In this document: one piece after another, positions 21,140 to 31,970 of the stretch
Numbering within the stretch: the first letter of the stretch is position 1
Layout: each line of letters starts with the position of its first letter
NCBI GenBank assembly: GCA_033722675.1
Contig: JAWVYO010000001.1
Location: 48,371-112,370, forward strand
DNA from: Acidimicrobiia bacterium
GTDB lineage: Bacteria; Actinomycetota; Acidimicrobiia; Spongiisociales; UBA11373
Direction: 5' to 3'
DNA: 64,000 bases
Notes under the pieces: generated by a model
The model's database searches: none
What the model was told of the DNA's origin: nothing
What the model saw: the letters and a program-made list of their open reading frames with translations, nothing else
Translations under genes and position numbers: made by a program

Positions 21140-21823
21140 TCAGTCGACGTCGATGGGCTGTAGCAACTCCGGCACGTTGTTCTTCACCGAGTTCACGAGG
21201 CTCGACACCGGGTGCTCCCCCACCGCGCCGTCGGGGGCGGGCCCCAGCATTCCGCGCAGCGAGTCGGTGTCGCCGTTGTCGCGGTCCAGCCACGCGTCCC
21301 AGTCGTCGGGTCGGAGCACCACCGGCATGCGGTCGTGGATCCGTCCGGCCACCTCGTTCGGCTCGGTGGTCAGGATGGTGCAGGTGACGACCCGTTCGTC
21401 GGTCTCGGGGTCCCGCCACGACGCCCACAGTCCGGCGAGGGCGAAGGCCTCGGCGTCCGTCGGATGCAGGTAGTGGGGAAGTTTCGAGCCGTCGTCGCGT
21501 CGCTCCCACTCGTAGAAGCCGTCGGCGGGAACGATGCAGCGCCGCGAGGCGAACGAGTCACGGAACGCCGGTTTCGTGTCGACCGTCTCGGCGCGGGCGT
21601 TGATGTGCCGCGACGCGATCTTCCGATCCTCGGCCCAGAAGGGGATGAGACCCCACCTGAAGGTGCCGAGTCGGCGCACGCCGTCGTGCTCGGCGACCGC
21701 GTAGACCCGGTCGGTCGGCGCGACGTTGTAGGACGGCTCCAGCGACTCCGTCACCACCACCTCGGCTCCGAAGAGGCGCGCGTAGGCCGCGGGATCCTGG
21801 GATTGGACGAACCGGCCGCACAT
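21140..21823 (-). CDS. SOS response-associated peptidase (SRAP/YedK, abasic-site processing protein)
   Basis: N-terminus MCGRF, where the invariant Cys2 is the nucleophile. Also WGLIPFW and DGFYEW motifs. Confidence 0.85.
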   Translation of the reverse strand: MCGRFVQSQDPAAYARLFGAEVVVTESLEPSYNVAPTDRVYAVAEHDGVRRLGTFRWGLIPFWAEDRKIASRHINARAETVDTKPAFRDSFASRRCIVPADGFYEWERRDDGSKLPHYLHPTDAEAFALAGLWASWRDPETDERVVTCTILTTEPNEVAGRIHDRMPVVLRPDDWDAWLDRDNGDTDSLRGMLGPAPDGAVGEHPVSSLVNSVKNNVPELLQPIDVD

Positions 21824-21857
21824 GGCGCCACGGTACCGACCGGGGCGGACCGACGCC

Positions 21858-22730
21858 TCAGGCGGACGCGGTGCGACGGGTCGCCCCGACCGACACGGCG
21901 ACGAGCACCACCCACACCGCCGCGGCCACGACCAGGTGGAGCGCGACGACGAGACTCGACCCCACCCTCGTGAACACGTGGACGGCGCCGAGGCCGATGT
22001 TCACGGCGAAGAGCCCGCCGGCCACCCACAGCCACCCGGCCTCGGGCCGACCGGCCCGGCCCGAGCGCCAGGCGAGGTACGCCAGGTACCCGAGCATCAG
22101 GGGGGCGACCACGCGGTGGGCGAAGTGGATCGCGACGAGCGGGTGGCCGAGGTCGGGGAGGAGGCGGTCGCCCACGAGCGGCCAGCCCGAGATCGCCAGG
22201 TCGTGGACGAGGGACCCGAGCACCAGGATGAGGAGGGACCCGCCGGCGCCCAGCCACAGCGCCACCGACCATCGGACGTCGCCCGCCGCCTCGACGCCGC
22301 CCGTCAGCGCCCACACGGAGGCGAGCAGCCCGACGATCGCCATCGAGATGCCGAGATGGAGGGAGACGAGGTCGGCGTCGAGGTCGTTGGCGACCACCAG
22401 CCGCCCGATCCAGGCCTGCAGGCCCACCGTCGCCACCGCGGCGATCGACAGCCGGGCTGCGAGCCGGTGCCGGGATCGGCGGCGCCACGCCGCGACGGCG
22501 AGGCCGGCCACCAGGAGCCCGACGATCGCTGCGAGCCAGCGGTGGGTCCACTCGACGATCATGTGGAAGTCGGCGCGGGGCAACAGCCCGCCGAAGGACC
22601 CGCCCTCGCAGAGCGGCCAGCGGTCCTCGCATCCGTATCCGCTGCCGCTCCCCCGGGTGTAGCCGCCGAAGCCGACGAGCAGCAGCGTGGCCGCGAGGGC
22701 GACGAGCGCCAGCCTGGAGACCCTCCGCAT
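21858..22730 (-). CDS. ctaA: heme A synthase (CtaA/COX15 family)
   Basis: Eight TM helices, CEDRWPLCEG Cys loop, His pairs within helices. Confidence 0.75.
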   Translation of the reverse strand: MRRVSRLALVALAATLLLVGFGGYTRGSGSGYGCEDRWPLCEGGSFGGLLPRADFHMIVEWTHRWLAAIVGLLVAGLAVAAWRRRSRHRLAARLSIAAVATVGLQAWIGRLVVANDLDADLVSLHLGISMAIVGLLASVWALTGGVEAAGDVRWSVALWLGAGGSLLILVLGSLVHDLAISGWPLVGDRLLPDLGHPLVAIHFAHRVVAPLMLGYLAYLAWRSGRAGRPEAGWLWVAGGLFAVNIGLGAVHVFTRVGSSLVVALHLVVAAAVWVVLVAVSVGATRRTASA

Positions 22731-22786
22731 GGTGGGCGACGGTAGGTGACCGACCGCCGGCGCGGACCGGGCCGATCGTCACATCG

Positions 22787-25700
22787 CTACATGTTCCGTC
22801 GGTACCGGCCCCCGACGTCGTAGAGCGCCTCGGTCATCTGCCCGAGCGTCGCCACCTTCGACGCCTCCATGAGCGATGCGAAGAGGTTGTGGCCGCCGAC
22901 GGCGGCCTCGCGGAGCCGGTCGAGGGCGGTGGGCGACCGATCGGCGTTCCGCTCCTGGACGAGCCGCAGGTTCCGGATCTGGCGATCCTTGTCGGCGTCG
23001 GTGGACCGCACGAGGTCGTCGGGGATGACGAAGGGGGATCCCTCGCTCGACAGGAAGGTGTTGACGCCGACGACCGGATACGCCCCGGCCTCCTTCTGCC
23101 GCTCGTAGTACAGCGACTCCTCCTGGATCTTCGTGCGCTGGTACTGGCGCTCCATCGCCCCCAGCACGCCGCCGCGCTCGCTCAGCCGCACGAACTCGGC
23201 GAGCACCGCCTCCTCGACGAGGTCGGTGAGCTCCTCGACGATGAAGGACCCCTGGAGGGGGTTCTCGTTCTTCGCGAGGCCCAGCTCCTTCGTGATGATC
23301 AGCTGGATGGCCAGCGCCCGGCGGACCGACTCCTCGGTCGGGGTGGTGATCGCTTCGTCGTAGGCGTTCGTGTGGAGGCTGTTGCAGTTGTCGTAGACCG
23401 CATAGAGCGCCTGCAGCGTCGTGCGGATGTCGTTGAATCCGATCTCCTGGGCGTGGAGCGATCGGCCCGAGGTCTGGATGTGATACTTGAGCATCTGCGA
23501 CCGCTCGTTCGCGCCGTACCGGTGCTTCATCGCCCGGGCCCAGATGCGACGCGCCACCCGCCCGATGACCGCGTACTCCGCGTCGATCCCGTTGGAGAAG
23601 AAGAAGGACAGGTTCGGGGCGAAGTCGTCGATGTCCATGCCCCGCGCCAGGTAGTACTCGACGAAGGTGAATCCGTTGGCCAGCGTGAAGGCCAGCTGCG
23701 TGATCGGGTTCGCGCCCGCTTCGGCCATGTGATAGCCCGAGATCGACACCGAGTAGAAGTTCCGGACGTCGTGGCCGATGAACCACTCCTGGACGTCGCC
23801 CATCATCCGCAGTGCGAACTCGGTGGAGAAGATGCAGGTGTTCTGCGCCTGGTCCTCCTTGAGGATGTCCGCCTGCACCGTGCCGCGCACCGTCGACAAC
23901 GTCTCTGCCGCGATCCGGTCGTAGACGTCGCGGGGCAGGACCTCGTCGCCCGTGACGCCCAGCAGGAGCAGCCCCAGGCCGTCGTGGCCGTCGGGCAGCG
24001 GGCCCTCGTAGGCGGGCCGTGGCCCGTCCCCGTACCGCTCGGCGAGGATCGCCTCGACGTCGGCCTCGAGACCGTTCGCCCGGATGTGCTTCTCACAGGC
24101 CTGGTCGATCGCGGCATTCAGGAAGAAGGCCAGGATCATCGGCGCGGGGCCGTTGATCGTCATCGAGACGGAGGTCGTCGGATCGGCCAGGTCGAAGCCC
24201 GAATACAGCTTCTTGGCATCGTCGAGCGTGGGCAGCGACACGCCGGAGTTGCCGACCTTCCCGTAGATGTCCGGCCGTTCGTCGGGGTCGTTCCCGTACA
24301 GCGTCACCGAGTCGAAAGCGGTGGACAGGCGCTTCGCCGGCATGCCGGCGGCCAGGTAGTGGAAGCGTCGGTTCGTCTGCTCCGGCGGGCCCTCACCGGC
24401 GAACATCCGGGTCGGATCCTCGGCGGTACGTTTCAGCGGGTAGATGCCCGCCGTGTAGGGGAAGCGTCCCGGGACGTTCTCGCGCAGCGCCCAGGACAGC
24501 CGATCGGCCCACGCCGTGAATCCCGGGAGCGCCACCTTCGGGATCCGGGTGTGGGACAGCGTCTCGTGAACGAGCGGCGCCCGGACTTCCCGGCCGCGCA
24601 CCTCGTAGACCAGCTCGTCGCCCTCGTACGCCTCGACGAGGTCGTCCCACCCCTCGAGGATCTGCAGGCAGCCGGGATCGAGCGCCTCCTCGGCCTCGAC
24701 GATGGCACCCGCCAGGCCCTCGACCTCGCCGAGCTCCTCGCGAGCCCCCCGCAACCGCTCCAGGCGGCGGGCGGCCGCGACCTGTTCGCCGATCCACCGC
24801 TCGTGGTCGCGATGGGCCTCGACGATCTCGGCGAGGTACCGGGACCGCTCCGGCGGCACGACGTGCTGCTTCGCGCCGTCGCCGGTGGGGAGCTCCAGCC
24901 CGGGCTCGAAGGAACGGTCGCCCGTCTCGGCGGCCACGGCGCGCATCACCGCCTCGTAGAACCGGTTGGTGCCCGGATCGTTGAAGGCGCTGGCGACGGT
25001 GAGGTGCACCGGGAGGTCCTCGTCGAGGCCGTCGAAACGGGTGTGGTTTCGGCGGTACTGCTTGCGGACGTCACGGAGGGCGTCGGCGGCGCCCCGCTTG
25101 TCGGCCTTGTTGATGGCGATGAGGTCGGCGAAGTCGAGCATGTCGATCTTCTCGAGCTGCGTCGCCGCCCCGTACTCGGGCGTCATCGCGTAGAGCACGA
25201 CGTCGGCGTGGTCGACGATCTCGGTGTCGGCCTGCCCGATGCCCGAGGTCTCGAGGACCACGAGGTCGAACCCGGCCGCCTTCAGGATGTCGATCGTCGG
25301 CCGGACGGCCTCCGACAGGGCGAGGTTCGACTGGCGGGTGGCCAGCGATCGCATGTAGGCGCGGGGATGGGGGATGGCGTTCATCCGGATGCGGTCGCCG
25401 AGGAGGGCGCCGCCGGTCCGCCGCTTCGTCGGGTCGACGGAGACCAGGGCGATCGTCTTGTCCGGATGGTCGAGGAGGAAGCGTCGGACCACCTCGTCGA
25501 CGAGCGACGACTTGCCCGATCCGCCGGTGCCGGTGATGCCGACCACCGGCGCCGCCGACGCCGCGGCGCGCTCCGCCAGTGCTTCCAAGACGGTCGGATA
25601 CTTCTCCGGATGGAGCTCGGCCGCCGAGATCAGCGACGCGATGCGCCCGTGGTCGCCGACCGTCAGCGTCTCGACGTCCTCGTCGCCGACCTCGCCGAGC

Positions 25701-26122
25701 GGATGCTCCGCCAGCCGGAGCATGTCGTCGACCATGCCCTGCAGGCCGAGGTCGCGTCCGTCGTCGGGGGAGTAGATCCGTGTGATGCCCGCTGCCATGA
25801 GCTGCGCCCCCTCGTCCGGCAGGATCGTCCCGCCGCCCCCGCCGAAGATCCGCACGTTCCCGGCCCCGCGCTCGCCGAGGAGCCGGTGGAGGTACCGGAA
25901 GAACTCCATGTGTCCGCCCTGGTAGGAGGTGACGGCCACGGCGTGGGCGTCCTCCTGCACGGCGGCGTCGGCGATCTCGAGCGCGGAACGGTTGTGGCCG
26001 AGGTGGACGACCTCGGCACCGGAGGCCTGGAGCATCCGGCGGAAGATGTTGATCGAGGCATCGTGCCCGTCGAAGAGCGACGTCGCCGTCACGAACCGCA
26101 CGGTGGGGGGTCGATCGCTCAT
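22787..26122 (-). CDS. icmF: fused isobutyryl-CoA mutase IcmF (B12-binding domain + MeaB-like GTPase + mutase substrate domain)
   Basis: N-terminal B12 domain ([15 protein letters not shown]), MeaB P-loop ([12 protein letters not shown]...NKADK) and C-terminal mutase barrel ([10 protein letters not shown]...YHIQTSG). Start [10 protein letters not shown] at 26122. Confidence 0.9.
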   Translation of the reverse strand: MSDRPPTVRFVTATSLFDGHDASINIFRRMLQASGAEVVHLGHNRSALEIADAAVQEDAHAVAVTSYQGGHMEFFRYLHRLLGERGAGNVRIFGGGGGTILPDEGAQLMAAGITRIYSPDDGRDLGLQGMVDDMLRLAEHPLGEVGDEDVETLTVGDHGRIASLISAAELHPEKYPTVLEALAERAAASAAPVVGITGTGGSGKSSLVDEVVRRFLLDHPDKTIALVSVDPTKRRTGGALLGDRIRMNAIPHPRAYMRSLATRQSNLALSEAVRPTIDILKAAGFDLVVLETSGIGQADTEIVDHADVVLYAMTPEYGAATQLEKIDMLDFADLIAINKADKRGAADALRDVRKQYRRNHTRFDGLDEDLPVHLTVASAFNDPGTNRFYEAVMRAVAAETGDRSFEPGLELPTGDGAKQHVVPPERSRYLAEIVEAHRDHERWIGEQVAAARRLERLRGAREELGEVEGLAGAIVEAEEALDPGCLQILEGWDDLVEAYEGDELVYEVRGREVRAPLVHETLSHTRIPKVALPGFTAWADRLSWALRENVPGRFPYTAGIYPLKRTAEDPTRMFAGEGPPEQTNRRFHYLAAGMPAKRLSTAFDSVTLYGNDPDERPDIYGKVGNSGVSLPTLDDAKKLYSGFDLADPTTSVSMTINGPAPMILAFFLNAAIDQACEKHIRANGLEADVEAILAERYGDGPRPAYEGPLPDGHDGLGLLLLGVTGDEVLPRDVYDRIAAETLSTVRGTVQADILKEDQAQNTCIFSTEFALRMMGDVQEWFIGHDVRNFYSVSISGYHMAEAGANPITQLAFTLANGFTFVEYYLARGMDIDDFAPNLSFFFSNGIDAEYAVIGRVARRIWARAMKHRYGANERSQMLKYHIQTSGRSLHAQEIGFNDIRTTLQALYAVYDNCNSLHTNAYDEAITTPTEESVRRALAIQLIITKELGLAKNENPLQGSFIVEELTDLVEEAVLAEFVRLSERGGVLGAMERQYQRTKIQEESLYYERQKEAGAYPVVGVNTFLSSEGSPFVIPDDLVRSTDADKDRQIRNLRLVQERNADRSPTALDRLREAAVGGHNLFASLMEASKVATLGQMTEALYDVGGRYRRNM

Positions 26123-26154
26123 CCCGTCCTCTCCGGGCCCGCCGGGGCCCGGGC

Positions 26155-27192
26155 TCATTCTGGCAGCGGACCGGCCGTTCCCAGGGGCCAGACCCGTTCC
26201 GGCCGCCAGCCGACGACGTCGCCCGGCGCCGGGATCGCCGCCTCCCGTACCCGGAGGAGGACCCTGCCGGCCGGCGTGTCGAGCACCACGTCGGTATGGG
26301 GGCCACGAAAGCGGAGCGACACGACCCTCCCGCGAGCCGGCCCCCCCAGGGCCGCCCACTCGGGCCGGAGGGCGACCCTGCTGCGTCCGTCCCCGGCTCC
26401 CCGTACGGGGAGCACCGCGTCGCCGAGCACGATCGCGCCGTCACGCATGTCGACCGTCAGCACCGAGACCGGACCGGTGAGCGCGGCGGCCCATGCATCC
26501 ACCGGCCGGTCGTACACGTCCGTCGGGGACCCGACCTGGACGATCCGTCCGTCCCGCAGCAGGGCGACCCGGTCGGCCAGGCCCAACGCCTCGGCGGCGT
26601 CGTGGGTGGCGACGAGGGCGGCGGCGCCCGACGCCGCGCGATGGGCCGCCACGAGCTCTTCCGCCGCCGCCCGCGCCGCGGGGTCGAGATGGGCGGTGGG
26701 TTCGTCGAGGAGGAACACGTCGGGCTCCGACGCCAGCGCCCGCGCCAGCCCGACGCGCTGCTGCTGGCCACCCGACAGCTCGGCGGGTCGACGATCGCCG
26801 AGGTCGCCGATGCCGAGGCGCTCGAGGATCGTCGCCGCCCGGCGACGTGCCTCGGCGCGGGGCGTTCCGGCGGCCTCGAGGGGAAACGCCACCGTGTCGA
26901 GGGCGCCGAGGTGTGGCCACAGGGCGTAGCTCTGGAACACGAATCCCACGTTGCGTCGCTCGGGCGGCACGTACCGACCGCCGCCCGACACCCGGACGCC
27001 GGCGACGTCGATCGTCCCGGTCTCGACGCCGACGAACCCGGCCACCGCCGACAGCAACGTGGTCTTCCCGCTGCCGCTCGGCCCGAGGAGGCAGACGACT
27101 TCGCCGTGGCCGACGGCGAGGTCGACGCCGTCGAGGACGGTGGCGCCGCCGAGGCGCACCTCGACGCCGGCGAGGGACACCGCGGGCGTCAC
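26155..27192 (-). CDS. ABC transporter ATP-binding protein (FbpC/PotA family, with C-terminal TOBE-like domain)
   Basis: Walker [31 protein letters not shown] start 27192 overlaps the permease stop (GTGA). Confidence 0.85.
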   Translation of the reverse strand: MTPAVSLAGVEVRLGGATVLDGVDLAVGHGEVVCLLGPSGSGKTTLLSAVAGFVGVETGTIDVAGVRVSGGGRYVPPERRNVGFVFQSYALWPHLGALDTVAFPLEAAGTPRAEARRRAATILERLGIGDLGDRRPAELSGGQQQRVGLARALASEPDVFLLDEPTAHLDPAARAAAEELVAAHRAASGAAALVATHDAAEALGLADRVALLRDGRIVQVGSPTDVYDRPVDAWAAALTGPVSVLTVDMRDGAIVLGDAVLPVRGAGDGRSRVALRPEWAALGGPARGRVVSLRFRGPHTDVVLDTPAGRVLLRVREAAIPAPGDVVGWRPERVWPLGTAGPLPE

Positions 27193-28730
27193 GACGCCCG
27201 CCGGTGACGCCGGGCCACGACGACGGCCGCGACGAGGCCGGGCACCGTCAGCAGGACGGCGAGCGCCGAGGTCACGGTGACGTCGCCGAGCTGCTGCACG
27301 TTCAGGGTGTGCACCGCCAGCGTCTCGGTCCCGGGCCCGTAGAGGAGGCTGGACATCGTCAACTCGTGGATGCCGAACAGGAACACGAGGAGCCAACCCG
27401 CAGCGGCAGCCGGGAGGAGCGACGGCAGGACGATGCGTCGCAGGGTCCGCCACCGGCCGGCTCCCGCCGCCCGCGCCGCCCGCACCGCCTCCTGCTCCAG
27501 CGACGCCGCCGAACCGTCGATCGACCGGTGGGCGAGGGCCCAGAACTTCGCGAGGTACGCGATGAGCACGAGGAGGAGGGTGTCGCGCAGCCACGGGCCG
27601 TACGCCAGGAGCACCGCCACCGCGAGCGCCGACCCGGGCACGGCGAAGGTCGCCGCCGTCACGGGGCCCGACCACCGGGACCGCCGGGCGCCGACGGCGG
27701 CGGCCAGGCCGAAAACGGACAGGACCGAGGCCGCCAGCGCCGCGAGCGCGAGGCTGCGCGTGGCCGCGGGCCAGGCCGGTCCGGACCACGCCTCGGAGAA
27801 GTTGGCCAGCGTCCAGTTGCCGGGCCAGGGGGCCAGCCCGACCGCCCGGGTGAGCGCCGTTGCGAGGAGGGCGAGGAGCGGGACGCCGGTCGTCACTCCG
27901 AGGTAGACCCACAGGAACCCCCGGCCCCGTCGGCCAGGAGGGGTGCGCGGCAACGGCTCCCGGGCGGCGGCGCCCGGCACCACCGCCGTGGCGCGACGGC
28001 CCATCCGCTCCGCCGCGACGACCGCCACCAGCACGATGCCGACGAGGGCGACGGACAGGAGGAGCACACGACCGAAGGCCTCGTCGGAGGCGGATCTGGC
28101 CAGGTCGCCGTAGATCCGGGTCGTGATGGTCGGGAACCCGGCCGGGATGCCGAGCACGGCCGGGATCCCGAAGGAGTTCATCGACACCGCGAAGGCGAGG
28201 GCGCCCCCGCCGACCACCGCCGGACCGAGGAGGGGCAGCGTGATCCGGCCCAGCACTCGACGTGGCGACGCCCCCGACGCCAGCCCGGCGGCCTCGAACT
28301 CCGGGCGGGCCCGGGTCGCCAGCGATGCGGCAACGAGCAGGTAGACGAGGGGTGCGGCGTGGACCGCCATCACGAGGACGATCCCGACGGGACCCACGAG
28401 ACCCGGCACGGCGATCCCCACCAGGTCGTCGGTCAGGCCGCCGGAGCCGAAGGCCCGGGCGGCGGCGACGGCCGAGACGAAGGGGGGCACGACGAGGGGC
28501 ACGACGAACGCGACCCGCAGGACGGCCGGGCGGGGTCCCCGCTCGGTGATCAGCGCCCCGGCCGTGCCGACGACGACCGCGACGAGCGTCGCAGCGGTCG
28601 ACACGAGCAGCGATCCCCCGACGGCGCCTCCGGTGCCTGCATCGAGGGCGGCCCCCGCCTCGGCCGTCTCGGCGAGGAGCTCGACGAGGGGGACGACCAC
28701 GAGCCCGACCGCGGCAGCCACCAGGACCAC
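27189..28730 (-). CDS. ABC transporter permease, two-domain (FbpB-like iron(III) permease)
   Basis: Duplicated transmembrane domain, about 12 TM helices, GTG start. Confidence 0.8.
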   Translation of the reverse strand: MVLVAAAVGLVVVPLVELLAETAEAGAALDAGTGGAVGGSLLVSTAATLVAVVVGTAGALITERGPRPAVLRVAFVVPLVVPPFVSAVAAARAFGSGGLTDDLVGIAVPGLVGPVGIVLVMAVHAAPLVYLLVAASLATRARPEFEAAGLASGASPRRVLGRITLPLLGPAVVGGGALAFAVSMNSFGIPAVLGIPAGFPTITTRIYGDLARSASDEAFGRVLLLSVALVGIVLVAVVAAERMGRRATAVVPGAAAREPLPRTPPGRRGRGFLWVYLGVTTGVPLLALLATALTRAVGLAPWPGNWTLANFSEAWSGPAWPAATRSLALAALAASVLSVFGLAAAVGARRSRWSGPVTAATFAVPGSALAVAVLLAYGPWLRDTLLLVLIAYLAKFWALAHRSIDGSAASLEQEAVRAARAAGAGRWRTLRRIVLPSLLPAAAAGWLLVFLFGIHELTMSSLLYGPGTETLAVHTLNVQQLGDVTVTSALAVLLTVPGLVAAVVVARRHRRAS

Positions 28731-28758
28731 CGTGATCGGACCGGCCGGAGCCAGCCGG

Positions 28759-29691
28759 TCAGCCTCCGAACACGTCGCGGTACGCAGCGAGCAGCTCCTC
28801 CTGCCGGTCGGAGGCGCGATCCCAGGCCACCGTCACCTGGGGACCGCCCGCCGTCCACGGGATCGACGGGTCGACGGGCTGCCAGCCCGTGGCGGCGATC
28901 GCCGCCTGCGCCTCGGGCCCCACGACATGGGACACGAACTCGACGGCGGCCGGATGGTCGCCCGTCACCGCGATCGGGCTGTACAGCGCGATGGCCCCCG
29001 GCTCCGGCCAGATGAGCCGGAGCGGCGAGCCCTTCTCGACCGCCGTGCGGGCACTGAAGTCGAGGGTGATCCCCGCCGCGTAGGCCCCCTCGGCGACACC
29101 CGTGACGACGTCGCCCGGCGTCCCCACCTGAGTGCCCCCGGCATCGCGGAGGCGTCGGAGGAACTCCATCCCGTACCGGTCGTCGAGGGCGAAGAACCCC
29201 AGGGCGGCGAAGGCGGAGCCGGCGAACGCCGGATCGGGAATGGCGACGCCGCCCGCCGCCGCGGCGTCCACGAGGTCGTCCCACGTCGTGATCGGCGGCG
29301 CCGACTCGCCCGCCACGATCACGAGGTTGAGGATGCGCGTGCCCCAGAACCGATCGGCGCGAAAGGCCTCGGGCACCGTCGAGACGTCGGGCTCGACGGG
29401 GCGGAGGAGTCCCTCGCTGTCGTACGCCTGCATCGACAGCGGGTCGGTGAGCCAGAGGACGTCGGCGCGGAGGCCCCCCTCGCGGCGTTCGGCGGCGATG
29501 CGGGCGTTCACCTCCCCCGTCGGGGCGCGGAACACCTCCACCTGCACGCCGGCGGCGTCGAACTCGGCGACCACCGCGTCCACGGTGGCCTGCGTGACCG
29601 AGGTGTAGACGACGAGGGCGTCCTCCTCGGCCGTGCACGCCGTCGCCGCCAGCGTCATGACGAGCCCGGCGATCAGCGGACGGAGGCTCAT
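28759..29691 (-). CDS. ABC transporter substrate-binding lipoprotein (family 1; FbpA/AfuA-like)
   Basis: Start at MSLRPLIAGLVMTLAATAC (lipobox) at 29691, overlapping the upstream hypothetical stop (ATGA). Periplasmic binding protein fold. Confidence 0.75.
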   Translation of the reverse strand: MSLRPLIAGLVMTLAATACTAEEDALVVYTSVTQATVDAVVAEFDAAGVQVEVFRAPTGEVNARIAAERREGGLRADVLWLTDPLSMQAYDSEGLLRPVEPDVSTVPEAFRADRFWGTRILNLVIVAGESAPPITTWDDLVDAAAAGGVAIPDPAFAGSAFAALGFFALDDRYGMEFLRRLRDAGGTQVGTPGDVVTGVAEGAYAAGITLDFSARTAVEKGSPLRLIWPEPGAIALYSPIAVTGDHPAAVEFVSHVVGPEAQAAIAATGWQPVDPSIPWTAGGPQVTVAWDRASDRQEELLAAYRDVFGG

Positions 29692-30458
29692 CCGAGCACC
29701 CTCGCCGGTCCGGGGTGGTCGAGCCGATCGTTCACCAGGTCGAGGTGGCGCAGCGTGTAGTGCCTGAGCTGCGCCGCCGCCGTCGGCGAGATCCGATCGC
29801 AGATCCAGTCCCAGTGCAGCGAGACGAGGTCTCCCGGTTCCACGACGACCGCCCGCAGTCCCGTCGCGCCCACGCGGGCCGACTCGGACACCGGGTCGCC
29901 GAGCGTCAGGCGACGGCCGTCCCACCGGAGCGGACGGCTTCGCACGAACACGCGGTCGCCGTCGAGGCTCTCGACGCGACCCCACCGGATCCGACACCGG
30001 TCGAGGATCTCGAGCGGCTCGTCACGCCCCCCGGCGAGGAGACCGACCCAGGGGTACACGGCGAGGACGTGGAAGGAGTGGTGGGGCACGCCGCCGGCGG
30101 GTATGGCCTCCTCGAAGAACCCCCATCCCCCGCCCATCCGACGTCGGAACCCCTCGTCGAGCACGCGACCGAAGGACCGGACCTCCACCCGGTCGAGGAT
30201 CGGGTTCCCCACCCAGTAGGCCTCGACCAGCCGCCGGTCGAACGGGTCGGGGATCCCCGTCGCCTCGGCCATGACGGTGAGGTAGGGCACCGGCCCGGCG
30301 AAGGCTTCCGCCAGGCGGGCGAGGTCCGGATCGACCACGCCCGAGGCGACGTACTCCAGCAGCGTCCGGCTGTCGTCGGGCCCGCAGTAGCCGCGTTCGT
30401 TGGGCGGGTAGGCGTACCGGGCGAACAGTCCGAGCCCGTCGGCTGGGCGCGTGGTCAT
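29688..30458 (-). CDS. conserved hypothetical protein, translationally coupled to the ABC importer
   Basis: 256 aa starting MTTRPADGLGLFARYAYPPNERGYCGPDD. No recognisable motif. Coding-like composition. The 120-bp upstream intergenic region suggests it is the first gene of the operon. Confidence 0.5.
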   Translation of the reverse strand: MTTRPADGLGLFARYAYPPNERGYCGPDDSRTLLEYVASGVVDPDLARLAEAFAGPVPYLTVMAEATGIPDPFDRRLVEAYWVGNPILDRVEVRSFGRVLDEGFRRRMGGGWGFFEEAIPAGGVPHHSFHVLAVYPWVGLLAGGRDEPLEILDRCRIRWGRVESLDGDRVFVRSRPLRWDGRRLTLGDPVSESARVGATGLRAVVVEPGDLVSLHWDWICDRISPTAAAQLRHYTLRHLDLVNDRLDHPGPARVLG

Positions 30459-30578
30459 GCGCCGAAGCCTACGGAGCGTGCCGGGCGCCGTCCCAGGGCC
30501 GCCCGGACCCCGCTCTGGTGCCGAACGGCCCACTGGCGGGCCGGTGGGGCTTCCGAGCCGCGTCGTGCCCGGACGGCC

Positions 30579-31910
30579 CTAGGAGCCGGCGGCCTCGGCC
30601 ACGCGCCGGGCCACCTCGGCGTGGACCGAACGGTCGAGGGCGTCGGGCAGGAGCCGGTCCTCGTCCGCCAGGTCGGCGAGCGCACGCGCCGCCGCTCGCC
30701 GCATGGGCAGGTCGATCGCACCCGCACCGGCGTCCAGTGCCCCCCGGAAGAGTCCGGGATAGGCGAGCACGTTGTTCACGATCGATCCGTCGGCGGCGAT
30801 GGCCGCCCCGGCCGCCTCCGCCGCCTCGATCTCGATCTCGGGGATCGGGTTGGAGATCGCGGCGATGATCTGACCGGGTCGGACCCGTGCGGGGTCGAGC
30901 AGCCCGGGGCGTCCCGTCGACAGGACGAGCACGTCGGCTCGCTCGACCACGCTGTCGAAGAAGTCCGGATCCGACGACGCCTCGAGCACGACGTCGTCGA
31001 CCTCGGTGAACGAACGGAGATGCTCGACGGCCGCCTCCCCTGGGTCGAAGGCCAGCACCGAGGCGAACGGGAAGCTGCGGGCCAGTCGTGCGATCGCCGA
31101 GCCGGCGGCGCCCAGGCCGATCTGTCCGAAGACGAGGTCCTCCAGGGGCCGGTCGACGATCCGGGCGGCCGAGAGCACCGCGGCGAGCACGACCACGGCG
31201 GTCCCGTGCTGATCGTCGTGCATGACCGGGACGTCGAGGTCGGCCACGAGCCGGTCCTCGATCTCATAGGCAGCCGGCGTCGAGATGTCCTCGAGGTGGA
31301 TGCCCCCGAACCCGGGGGCGATGCGACGGACGACGTCGACCATCTCGTCGGCGTCGGCCGCGTCGACCACGATCGGCACCGCGTTGAGGTCGACGAGCAT
31401 CCCGTAGAAGAGCGCCTTGCCCTCCATCACCGGCAGGGCCGCCCGGGGACCGATGTCGCCGAGCCCCAGGACACGGGTGCCGTTGGAGACGACGGCGACC
31501 GTGCGGCCCTTCCACGTGTATGTCGACGCCAGGCTCGGGTCGTCGGCGATCGCCCTCGACACCCGCGCCACGCCGGGGGTGTACACCTCCCGCACGTCCT
31601 GGAGGTTGCGGATCTCCACCGTGGGGCGCACCTCGATCTTGCCCCCCTCGTGGACCGCGAAGACCTTGTCGACGCTCTGTTCGACCAGTTCCACGCCCGG
31701 CTCCGCCTCGAGGGCCCGGCGGATCTCCTCGATGGCGTCGTCGCCGGGAGCGATGACCGTCACGTCGCGGATGTTGTACTCACGCCCGATGGCGAGGGTC
31801 TCGATCTCGCCGATGTGCGCCCCGTGCTCGCCGATCCGGGCGAGGGCGCGCGACAGCGTCCCCGGCTGACGGTGCGTCTTGATGCGGAAGACCTCGTCGC
31901 GTTCGATCAT
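30579..31910 (-). CDS. NAD(P)-dependent malic enzyme with N-terminal ACT domain
   Basis: ACT-like N-terminus (MIERDEVFRIKTH...) followed by the malic enzyme core (VHEGGKIEV, YTPGVA, NAD-binding GLGAAG). Confidence 0.85.
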   Translation of the reverse strand: MIERDEVFRIKTHRQPGTLSRALARIGEHGAHIGEIETLAIGREYNIRDVTVIAPGDDAIEEIRRALEAEPGVELVEQSVDKVFAVHEGGKIEVRPTVEIRNLQDVREVYTPGVARVSRAIADDPSLASTYTWKGRTVAVVSNGTRVLGLGDIGPRAALPVMEGKALFYGMLVDLNAVPIVVDAADADEMVDVVRRIAPGFGGIHLEDISTPAAYEIEDRLVADLDVPVMHDDQHGTAVVVLAAVLSAARIVDRPLEDLVFGQIGLGAAGSAIARLARSFPFASVLAFDPGEAAVEHLRSFTEVDDVVLEASSDPDFFDSVVERADVLVLSTGRPGLLDPARVRPGQIIAAISNPIPEIEIEAAEAAGAAIAADGSIVNNVLAYPGLFRGALDAGAGAIDLPMRRAAARALADLADEDRLLPDALDRSVHAEVARRVAEAAGS

Positions 31911-31970
31911 CCCGGCATCCTGCCACAGCACCTGGTCCGCTGCGGCGCCCACCGCGATACCGTGGCGGCC

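Noticed and set aside
22889-26929. 1346-aa plus-strand ORF
   Set aside because: Antisense of icmF and the ABC ATPase. It has no motifs and an extreme Arg/Gly/Asp/Glu composition.
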